Source: a virus (lineage: Duplodnaviria; Caudoviricetes). Taken from it: 64,000 bases of DNA. The stretch is from the IMG/VR virus record IMGVR_UViG_3300042554_000772, positions 760 to 64,759 of that record; one strand, given 5' to 3'. The position numbers and the translations under genes were made by a program. The notes under the pieces were generated by a model that saw only the letters and a program-made list of their open reading frames with translations, was not told where the DNA came from and did not search any database. Of the stretch, positions 9,501 through 19,100 are shown piece after piece. The first letter of the stretch is position 1; every line of letters begins with the position of its first letter.

Positions 9501-10930
9501 TTTACAAATCAGATAATCTTAGCTTAGGAAGGCCGAATGTTGTATCTTCAAACGCCAAACAGATTGAAAGAAAGTCATCCATCACCTATTCGGAGCCATA
9601 CTCGCTTGATACATCTGTATTGAAGCTATCATCATTTAACGGTGGGCAAGGGAACTTCGTGGACCTCCCGAACGCATACGGGGCTATCAATTACATGATA
9701 AACAACGGGGACACCATCACGGTTCTCCAAGAAGTAAAGTCCTCTGTAATCCCAATCAACAGGAACCTAGTAGAGTACGCTGACGGCAGTACAAACGTGA
9801 CCATATCAACGAATTACCTTGGCAATCAATCTGTTTATGCTGGAGACTACGGGACCCAGAATCCTGAGAGCGTTATGTCCTACAAGGGTCGTGTTTACTT
9901 CGCAGACGTTCGCTCTGGCAAGATTGTAAGGATTGGTGGCGACGGGATTGAGCCTATCAGCGAGAATAAGATTGACGCTTATACTCAGGACAAGTGTTTC
10001 ATCATCGCTTCTGCTAGCGGTTCATACAAGGTGATTGGCGGTATTGACCCCATGCATAATGAGTATCTAGTAACCTACACCAATGTTTCTGGTGGAACCA
10101 ATATCAAAGACACGATTGCATACGACACAGAGGATAAAGTGTGGAATACGAGGTATTCGTTCATCCCTGAGGCCTACGATAATATGGACAACTATATGTA
10201 CACATTCAAGGATGGCCGTATGTACAGGCATACTGATGCAGCTACACGCAATAGTTTCTATGGGAGTGGTACTGCTTCTACGCTTAAGTTAATATCAGCT
10301 TTCAATAACTCTATGGTCAAGGTTGCTGAAGCTTTGAGCATTGAGGGCAATAGCCAATGGTCAGCTCAAGTTAAGTCGACGATTAGCCAATCGTCTGGTT
10401 TTGAGCAGTGTTCTACGTTCATACAGCTATCTGATTACTCTTTAAAAGAGGGGATGTATTACGCTAGCATTCCAATGAATATCAATACTGGCCTTTCTCC
10501 AACGTCGAATAGAACGGTAATTGGATATGTGGCAGCTACTGGAACATGGGCTAGCGGGGCGACTATAACTTTAGGAAATCCTATTGTAGCCCCATTTCAA
10601 GCCAGTGGCAATGCATCTATCTTTTGTCTTAATGCTTCTGGAAGCATTGTTTCTACATTGGCTAGCGGAACATCGGTTTACGGCTATCAGAATATAGAAC
10701 AATTCGACAGGAACACCATACGATTAAGCAATTTAGTAGGTGCGCCACCATCAATCGCAACAGGAACCATCTTAGTCGTGGATAGCAATGCGTCTGTAGA
10801 CGGAGACCCCATTAGGGGGCCTTATTTCCTAATCGAATTAAGCAATAGCGGTATAGTACCCATTGAAGCATACGCCTTTAACGTATACTTCAGCAGGTCG
10901 AAGCTTCACAACGAATTAGTCACTCAATAG
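6518..10930 (+). CDS. tail stabilisation/muzzle protein (P22 gp10-like)
   Basis: 1470 aa; LNKDDD..L, DALNI, FQFAYQYIYEDGEVSAISPYS, FKSGQNHKFGIVYYDSYNRS, YGTQNPES, VYFADVRSG motifs. Confidence 0.8.
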   Translation: MPIDKLIPRYLNKDDDYLLVKSVEMVDALNIQTADDEGGNAGVVKNALGNVVVSTNSTGDILPIGGNIVIGTTSCKQTGEIFYFVYNGFGDHSIYQYTSKRNTVRLVYRDQVLNFTATGFVKADCLVKENGDTLLYFTDGITDPKKINATKALANTSGFLGYPYRQVGLSGYTSDEKLLSITTIKAPPLEAPTVEVTTVTGIISNNITKKNFQFAYQYIYEDGEVSAISPYSELALDINDFLDGFGDADSDSSRNAINITYKHSKGDVSKIRILYRSGNFPNFSIFKEVDNNRSLSSGVVTFTNSTLGQIISDNEVNKQYDAIPLSARSQVISGNRLSYGNYLEFYDNTTVSGNILLEYNQDAGKKTNILSTNFVNGPGTIVSANTSGVNNLEFELDLANMPESSLSDPSIILNFSVFINRTIINQLTSPFNVGPLSGIIGGLTLGNMLLDIQKKSTFTAYSSKAALASSVINLIDGDYLFNISPEGTLVSSMTTVSGLSISLVNVYFAGSLAANVSAVSVSGSVIKFKITPKSNGLNINSVKITQYNPLLQQSFDVTSFFAPVSWNGISINNLYNITYNGLKIVNLNRSFFINDSTSTTFKSGQNHKFGIVYYDSYNRSSAVNELGEIYNPTEGERQEEYGAAALGAAKVIIRLKSSPPSWAKKWRLVYSPYQTYSFCYTYSAAEAFVSKTSTATGSTQNRSIYISARHLEGKDTSYKESRNSIFNYTYAQGDKLRIISYVPSTANGGALYPKQFVYDIIGYEYFDATNTPVSLATGATNYNERATGPFFILKDENYTGFNADSILNNYSNWASDVVFEVFRPIQSVANSVYRETKTQGDVLQASGVFYHQSQFRDRTYSFTNQKLTVTSGTAYTSGSIKFYPGDIVNMTAIFPAIGSYQLTIKDTYRIYDGRTVVVFSGPLPDAGYNIVSIANIDDSILDSSVGDCYYRLRQIKLNPISGTITASGSYTTNPANVSGIRYVDYYVEDTSISDFYKSDNLSLGRPNVVSSNAKQIERKSSITYSEPYSLDTSVLKLSSFNGGQGNFVDLPNAYGAINYMINNGDTITVLQEVKSSVIPINRNLVEYADGSTNVTISTNYLGNQSVYAGDYGTQNPESVMSYKGRVYFADVRSGKIVRIGGDGIEPISENKIDAYTQDKCFIIASASGSYKVIGGIDPMHNEYLVTYTNVSGGTNIKDTIAYDTEDKVWNTRYSFIPEAYDNMDNYMYTFKDGRMYRHTDAATRNSFYGSGTASTLKLISAFNNSMVKVAEALSIEGNSQWSAQVKSTISQSSGFEQCSTFIQLSDYSLKEGMYYASIPMNINTGLSPTSNRTVIGYVAATGTWASGATITLGNPIVAPFQASGNASIFCLNASGSIVSTLASGTSVYGYQNIEQFDRNTIRLSNLVGAPPSIATGTILVVDSNASVDGDPIRGPYFLIELSNSGIVPIEAYAFNVYFSRSKLHNELVTQ

Positions 10931-10943
10931 TATCTTTACAGTT

Positions 10944-11825
10944 ATGGAATCACGCAAAAAACCCAAAAAGTATGTGGTTGGAGGCATTATCGCAGCTGGA
11001 GCTGCTGGCCTCGGTCAAGCCATCTATGGTGGTGTCCAGGCAGCGAAAGCTGGGAAGGAGCTCAAGCGCCTTCAAGGCCAAAGGCCCGATTTAAACCTCA
11101 ACGTAGGGGATACCCCTGCAGAGTACTACAAAGCCTTTAAGGAGGCCTACGACCAAGACATCATGAACCGCCAGATGGAGTCCATAAAGACTGGTCTAGC
11201 GGGGACTACAGAAGCCCTATCGGGCGCTGGAGGTCGTGCTCTCCTTGGTGGTATCGGGGCTGCTACACAGCAAGCTCAGAGGCAAATGCAAGGGGTTGCT
11301 GATATTCAGCAGCAAAGGCAAACAGAGGCCCTTGGGCAGTTGGCATCCGCCAAAGAGCGCACAAGGGACCTTCAGCTAGAAGCTCAAGCCAAGACCTTGG
11401 GTATGCGTGAGGCTAGGTCTCAGGCAGACATCGCTGGTGCACAAGCCTCTAGGGACGCTGGTATTCAGAACGTGGCTGGGGGGCTTGGGCAGATTGCATC
11501 TGCTGGAGTCTATGGTTCGGAGATGTTTGGGAAGAAGAAAGACACCGATAGCTCTTTCATACCTCCTACCATGCCTGCTAAATACACTAATAGAAAGCCG
11601 TTGACTGCTGAGAAAGGTGGAGTCGTAAAAACCCCTGGGGAGTTCTCTCACAAGAAGAACCCGATTGACATCATGAAGGACGGTAAGAAAATTGCGGAGG
11701 CTACTGGTGGGGAGTACATCTTCAACCCCAAGCAGATGAGCAATATCAAGAAGTTCGTATCGAGCAATGATAAGAACAGATTGCACAGTTATGTACGCTC
11801 CTTAATCAAGAAATTCGAGAAGTAA
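10944..11825 (+). CDS. putative ejected cargo/internal virion protein 1
   Basis: Gly/Ala-rich amphipathic helices, Q-rich coil, C-terminal GEFSH...EATGGEYIFN domain; follows the muzzle gene. Confidence 0.6.
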   Translation: MESRKKPKKYVVGGIIAAGAAGLGQAIYGGVQAAKAGKELKRLQGQRPDLNLNVGDTPAEYYKAFKEAYDQDIMNRQMESIKTGLAGTTEALSGAGGRALLGGIGAATQQAQRQMQGVADIQQQRQTEALGQLASAKERTRDLQLEAQAKTLGMREARSQADIAGAQASRDAGIQNVAGGLGQIASAGVYGSEMFGKKKDTDSSFIPPTMPAKYTNRKPLTAEKGGVVKTPGEFSHKKNPIDIMKDGKKIAEATGGEYIFNPKQMSNIKKFVSSNDKNRLHSYVRSLIKKFEK

Positions 11826-13114
11826 TGGCAGCACTTAGCAGGGCGGTAATACAACTACCAGACTTCGCTGAAATGGCTTACAAAAAGTCATTAGCGGACG
11901 AGGAGCGTCGTTTAAGGGACGAGGAGAAGCAAGAGCGCAAAGTGGCTCAGAGGCAGCGGGAAGTCGATACTTTCGGTGTCAAGCAGTCTTATTACGAGAA
12001 ATCTTTCGCATTAGAGCCAGGCGCTAAAGCGGTAGCAGGTGAAGCATATAAGGCGTTTGAACAGGCTGGTATAGAATACGAGAAGACTGGCAGCGAAGAA
12101 GCTAAGCTTAAAATGCAGAAAGCGGCTGGTGTATACAACCAAGTTGTTGGTACTGGATTAGCAATATCTAATGGTATAATGGAAGAGGCGGAGACTTTTA
12201 GAAAGAATCCTTCAGCTTTTACTTCAGAAAGTCAAAAAGTGGCAAATCAAGCAATCGCTGATAGAAAAAACATTAACTTTCAACCTGTTCTTGAGAATGG
12301 GGTTTTATTCGTTACTGAAAAAGGCAAAAAGATACCAGTTACTGAATCCGTTTATTTTTCAACTAACTTACAACCAGGCTACAACACGCTTGGTTTAGTG
12401 CCAGTTGACCCATCTACCAAGTATATGAATCCAATGGAACAGGCTCAGCTCCTATCCAAGGGTCATTCGGATGCCAATGGGGTTAAAATAGACGATGGTA
12501 CGAATATTACATATAATAAACCAGAATTAGTCAAAAAAGTTAGGGCAGCCTATGAGAATAATTTAAAGGAATACCTGCCACAGGTGGAAGCTGTTATACT
12601 TAGACATTGGACTGCAGTAAATGGTAGACCTCCTTCTCCTCAGGAAAGGGAAAGCGTTATAGCTGAGTATAAAAACCCTACCTTATTTGAATCCGCTAAG
12701 GAAAGATTCTGGAGTGAAATGTTTCCGTTTATTGATACTCCACCAACACAAAGAGGGGTTGCATCTCAGCAACGCGAGCCATCGAAGAGAGACGAAGAGC
12801 TATCTTTCTTCTTGGAGAACTCAAAGCCAACTCCTGGAGTCTTCTCAGACGGGCGTAGAGCTATTCGCTTCATGTCCCCTCCAATTAAGGACATCGAGAT
12901 TGATAACTTTAACTATACCATCAAAGAGGTATCTTTTGACAAAAAGGGAACACCGAGTATGGTTATCACTGACTCAGAGGGTGATGTTTTAAAGAATGAC
13001 TCGAAGGAGTTCAAGTCTGCATACAAGGAGGCTCTTATTGACATGAAACCGTACCTTTCAAAGTTGAGGGCGATTTCTATGAATGAGCTATCTCGCAAAC
13101 AACCATTACCATAA
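11825..13114 (+). CDS. putative ejected cargo protein 2
   Basis: Helical, charged, coupled by TAATG; position between cargo genes. Confidence 0.55.
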   Translation: MAALSRAVIQLPDFAEMAYKKSLADEERRLRDEEKQERKVAQRQREVDTFGVKQSYYEKSFALEPGAKAVAGEAYKAFEQAGIEYEKTGSEEAKLKMQKAAGVYNQVVGTGLAISNGIMEEAETFRKNPSAFTSESQKVANQAIADRKNINFQPVLENGVLFVTEKGKKIPVTESVYFSTNLQPGYNTLGLVPVDPSTKYMNPMEQAQLLSKGHSDANGVKIDDGTNITYNKPELVKKVRAAYENNLKEYLPQVEAVILRHWTAVNGRPPSPQERESVIAEYKNPTLFESAKERFWSEMFPFIDTPPTQRGVASQQREPSKRDEELSFFLENSKPTPGVFSDGRRAIRFMSPPIKDIEIDNFNYTIKEVSFDKKGTPSMVITDSEGDVLKNDSKEFKSAYKEALIDMKPYLSKLRAISMNELSRKQPLP

Positions 13115-13127
13115 TAAAACAATCTAG

Positions 13128-16100
13128 ATGGATACAGAAGTTAAAAAGTTTGTGGAGCGCTCCATCAAAAGGGGCGACTCTTTAGCCCAAATTAAATCTA
13201 CGCTTGTTTCCTACGGCTGGGAGGAGAATGTAAACGAGGCGACAGGTTACTACGACGAGTTTAAAAAAAAAAGTCCCGCTGGAACTGGCTTAAGGGCCGC
13301 TGGGGTTTCTCCTTCGAGGCAAACGGTTACTCCGTCTTCATCGGGGTTTGCTTCTCAAGAAACTAAGAATATACCATTAGAGGACCCGCTCCTCACCAAG
13401 AAAGACGGGTATGCTAAGTCTTTGATGGAGCAGCTGAACTTAGCTGCAAAGGACAAAAACAATAGGAATAAGTACGTTCCAACCATCAACAAGCTTTGGA
13501 ATGAATACTCGTCAATCGATAGGGGAGCGCCTACCCCTTTAAGTCTATTTGAGGATAATGGGGCTATAAGCAAGAACTCATTAAATCTTCTTAATGAATC
13601 TTCTGCTAGGAATGCAGAGAGAATGAAAAGGGAAGCTATAGCAATAGCTAAAGATGATAATGTTTTAGAGTCGGGTGTAAGAAGTTTATGGGCGGGCTTA
13701 CTTGGTACAGCAAATTATCTTGGCGACTTGGTTGACCCAGATAGCTACGATGATGTGCCAGATGCAAAAACAGACCTTGAAAAGGAAGCTGAAGCTCAAT
13801 CGGCTAGGGCTCAGAAAGCCTCCTATGGACGTAAGTTATTAGCTGGGTACACGGACAAACAGATTGAAGATGGGTTCTACAAGAACTTTGCTGATGGCAA
13901 TGTAGCTACAGCACTCGGTCTGTTTGGTAGGGATGTGGTAGAGCTTCTGCCTCAAGTCGCTGCAAACGCTATCCCATACGTCGGTCTTCCCGCTCTGGCA
14001 GCGTCTGCTGGTGGTCAAGCATGGCTTAAAATTAAAGACGACGAGAAATACAACACACTCGAAAAGTTTCTGTACGCACCGCTTGTTGGTGCTGCTGAAT
14101 ATTTTACAGAGAAGTTCTTCGGCATGGATAGAAAAATGATTCAAGAAGGACTGTCAAAAGCATTCGGTAAGACCATCACATCAGCAGCTGATATCCCAAA
14201 GAAAGAGCTCGGTGATATGATTTTCGGCACACTGCCAAAAGCTGTTAGAGCTCCGTTGGAAGAAGGTTTTGAGGAAAGTCTTGTGAGCACTTTTACGCAA
14301 ACCCTTGACAAGATTATGGCTGAAAAGCCATTTGACCCTGTTGAAATCGCTGAGTCTGCTATGCTTGGTGCTGGGGCTGGTGGTTCGACATACGCATTGG
14401 TGCGAGGCAGTTCCGCTTTGCTCCAAACCCCGTTGTTCTCTGATGTATACAAGATTACGAATACCGCAGCGAATATTGACAATATACTCAAATCCAAAGA
14501 CATCAGCGACGAAGAGAGGGTTATCCTAACCGACCGATTAAACGGGTATAAGACTCAAATGAGGAAGCTTCAAGATGGGGCTAGCGAATACTACAAGCAG
14601 TTCTCACAAGAAGATAAACAGAAGACGCTTGAGCTAAATCAAACGATATCTAGAGGCATCCGCTCTTACAGCACCATGAAGACGGCTGAAGCTAAAGCTG
14701 AAACCGTAAACAGAATCAAGCAATCACTAGCCGAGAAGGCACAAATCGAACAGAAATATGATAGTGCGCAAAAACAACAAGTACCAAGTCCAGTCGTCCA
14801 AGGGGCGCAACCTGGGGGAGTTCCCGTCCAAGGAACAGGCACAGAAACGCCTCAAGCAGGTGGAGTACTTCAAGTACCTAGCCAGCAAGAAGAAAAAGTA
14901 GCAGAAGCTGCTAAGCAACCAAACGTCGGATTCAGACCTACAAAGGCTAGCCTTACATCTCAAACGCTTCCTCAGATTCTTTCTAACCTAAAGTCTTATG
15001 TTGAAAGTATTCCTGAAGAAACGCTGCAGAAGTTCGAGACAACACGCCAGTCAATTACGAATGGGTTTGAATCCGTTGCTAATGTAATATCCTCCTTTGC
15101 CAAGGAAAGTCTTAACGTCGAAGTTGAGGCCATTAACACCGAAGACGAATGGAATAAGGCAACGATGGACCCCACCACTGGAAAGCCAGAGAAGCTGTCT
15201 AGGGGCCTGTATTACCAAAGAGGACAAGAGGGGGCTCCCTCTAAGATTATCCTGTTCGCCCCAGCATTGCTTGGCAACACGGTCTATCACGAGGGTATCC
15301 ACGAGATAGTCCCACAGGCATTTGGTCAGGAGGGTATAAACAAGGTGGCTAAAGCGCTTGCAAGCGGAATAAAGCGAGACCCAGGGCTTAATGCAAAATT
15401 TGGTAACTTCTTGTCTCAATACGAGCAAGGTGACAAAAACGAAGAGCTTCTTGCTGAGTTGGGGGCAATGGTTGCAGCTGGAGATATCGATGTCGAGATT
15501 ACGAAGAGCCTCGCCACACGATTTATGGAAGCCGTAGCGAGCGTATTAGGAGCGGTTGGTATCAAGATGGCACCGAACTCTTCGCAGCTCTCTGAGGCGT
15601 TTTTAAGCTACTCACAGAAGCTCGGAGCTGGGGCTAAGCTTGATATTCAAAAGACAGCTGAAACCAAAGAGGAAGGAGACAAAAAGGGGCCAAAGAGACA
15701 AGCTGTTGGACTTAGAACGAAAGAGGAAAGTCTTGCTGAATTTGGCTTCCCAGTCGGTGATAAAGTAACCAATATCCGTCAGGTAGGTGCTGCGTTAGAG
15801 AAAAGACAACAGAAGAAGTATATTAAAATAGCTAAAAACGATACCAGCGACAAGGCAAAAGATATTATCTCAAACTATATGGTTGATGAGGTGATATTTG
15901 AACTAGAATCACTCGGTGAGTCTTCTGCTAAGGGTTGGTATGGGGAAAAGTTTCAGAAAGCACTTGATTTGCTGTCTGAGTCTATACCCAGCCTAAAAGA
16001 TAAAGGCAACAGAAATTTGTTTACCATGCTTGTTGCTATAACTTCTGATGGACAAAAGGTTATCAATAATTTCACCTATGCTATATCGTTATACAACTCT

Positions 16101-19100
16101 TACTTAAAGGATGGCGTTGTATCTGACAAATTTAATTTTGGTGGAGATAGGAATTCTGGGATGAAGATAAATGTAGGCAATATAAATAGATTAATTAAGC
16201 AATATGGGAATGATTTTGTTGCAATCAATGATTTTCTATTGCAAACAGATAGCTACGGTAATATCAAGAAGAAATACAATATAAAAAAGAGCGATTACAA
16301 AGTAACCACAACGATGCCAATTTCGGCTGGGGTATTTGGGCCTAAATTAGGAGCGTTCTTTGCGAACCTTTCTGGTCAAGAGAACTATTTGACCATGGAT
16401 AGATGGTGGAGTAGAACTTTTAATAGATATAGGGGTATACTCTTACCAACTGTAAAAGAACAGGGCAAGCAGAAGTTTTTAAATGCCATAGGAAAACCAA
16501 ACATTAGCAACAACGCCTTCCTAAAAGAGGTCAAAAAGTATGCTGACTCATACATAAAGAAAAAATACAAAAACGGTACAGCTATAGAGAAAGCGGCCAA
16601 TACCATCTATAAAGCTGCTTTTGTAGAGCTTAATGATAAGCCTTTTAATGCTGGAGATAGGGATATGATGATTGAGACAACGCAGGTTGCTCAAGAAAAA
16701 CTCAAGAAGGCTGGTTATGATTTATCAATGGCTGATATTCAGGCCATATTATGGTATTTCGAAAAAAGACTTTACGCAGAGATACAGAGCAAAAAGTCAG
16801 CAATGGACGTGGATTATTCCAATGCTGTGACCAAATTAATAGAAGGGAAAAAGGATTTATCATTCTTGCCAAACGAAGTCTCGAAAATTGTTAATGTAAA
16901 GGAATCTGAAGACGAATATGTTGATGCTATTAGTTCTCCTAGTAGCAATATTATACAGCTAGATGAAGCTGTTGATTTAGCTGCTGTTGATAAGGCCACA
17001 GAGACTATAAATAACGCTCAGAAAAGAAAGACCCCAAAGCGTCAAGGTTTTGAGGGTAAGCAGTCAGCGACATTCGTAAGAGAGTTAGATATCGCTATTA
17101 CCCCAGCGACAACCGAAAGAAAGTTTGATAAGGTAACAGCTAGAATAAAGAGCCTATCTGAGAAATACGATAGATTAGTAAAAGAGTCAGAGAAAGGGAT
17201 TGACAACTCAGAGGAGATTAATAACGTAGCCTCTCAAATACTAGATGCAGCGAGGAAACAGCTTGCTGCTAGGATTTCTAAAGTAAAAGGTGCTTCCGTT
17301 AAGTTTGACGATGATTTTAGAGGTCTGTACAACAATGTATTCGAGCCATCTTTTAACCTCAAGCTAAGGCTTACACCACAATCAAATGAGAATGAGGTAT
17401 CTCAGATTCTCAACGAGTTTGCTGAGAGATATACTCAAGATGCGTTTATCGTAGAAACAGCGTCAGAAGAATCAGAGGACTTTAGGAAGCAGTTAGGGGA
17501 AAATGTAATGCCTCTTGGCGATTACGACGAAAAGACAAATATGTCTCATTTCCCGCAACTTTATGCGGAATTTACCAGTCCTTTATCCGATAAGGAGCTA
17601 AATGAACTATCTTTGTCTTTAAGAGAAGGCGGAATTGATGGATTCTCGCTTAATAAGAAAGAATTAAAGATAACTATATTCCCATTTTTAACAGAAGAAC
17701 AAGAAAAATTATCAGAAGATGAGCAGCGAAGAATCAAAAAAGAATATTACGACGAACAAATCAGCTCAGCCCGAAAAGCTATGGCTAACGTCAGCCGAGT
17801 GGGAAGAGATGTCAAGTCAGAGGTCAGGTTCAGGAAGTCAACCTACAAAGGGGCAAAATCAACCGAAGGAGCAACCAGACAATACGATAGAGATAACTTT
17901 CTTAAAGCGCACAAAGACGGATTAACTAAGTATGAGCTGCTAGCTAAAGAGTTCAATAAGCTTCGTCTGGAGGAAATAGAGCTCTCCAAGAAAAAGGAGA
18001 AGCTACCTAATGATAAGCAAAAAAGGTATGATGAAATAAAAAGCGTCATTCAGCCTATCATCCAAGACACAATAGCTTTAAATGAGCCTTTTTACAAGGA
18101 GGCTAAGCGTGAGATAGAGAGAATTGCGTCGTCTGTTTCCCGCAACCTAAGAGGAGCATTCGTTTCTAGGTTCAACATAAAGAGACCAGAAAGGGCCTCT
18201 ATAAAGGTTATGCGATGGTATAACTCTGATATAGAAGACCTCGGTGATGGGGCTAGAGTAAATATCATCGTTGATAACGAGCAACAGGCTGACAGGCTGT
18301 TTAACGAAATCGACAAAAAGAACCCATCAAAAAACCCTGACAGGGAGAGGCGTGTAAATGAGACCACCGATTTGGGTTATCCGAAGCGTCTCATCGAGAT
18401 GGATACAAAGAATGGATTCATAGGGGAAATACAGATAATGACCCCAGAGGGGTATCTGGCTAAAGACGGGGTTGATTACTTTGACGACAATCAGCAAGAC
18501 TTTGCTAGAAAGAGACTCAAAGAAGTTCAGAATCGATTGGGATGGGCTATACCAGATGGTATAGGGCACTATTTCTATGAAATCAATCGTGACGAAAACA
18601 TAAACGACGAACTTAGGGAGCGTGCTAAAGCCCTTAGTCTTTCTTATTACAAGGCGTTTACAAACCCATCGTTTAAGTTAAGTGAAAGCGAGTTCACTAA
18701 AGAGCTGGCTAAGTTCAAAGAAGACGTAGACAAGGCTGATAAGAGCACTTGGGATGAAGGCAATAGCGGTAAATCACCAAAAACGCTAGACACCTATCTA
18801 GAAGAATCTGGAAAAAAAGAGCCAAAAGAAAGCGCACCTACTAAGAAGGCCATGCTCCAGATTATTGGTTCTAACTCACAGATGAAAGAATGGACATCTA
18901 AGATGCTATTAAAGGCAAACGAGATGGAGAGACGTGGAGTTAAGCCGAAAACAATCTTTAATGTGACTGGATGGGAGAGAGGAGCCGATAAGAAATGGAG
19001 ATACCCAGTTCCAACATTCAAGCTTAACTACACTAAAGTGGCTGAATTCAACGAAGGGCCAGTAGGTAATACGGTTAGCCTTTACGACCTTGTTGAAAAT

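Noticed and set aside
16918-16962. Nested hydrophobic peptide MLMLLVLLVAILYS
   Set aside because: 14 aa; expected by-product of NNT-rich codons read in +1
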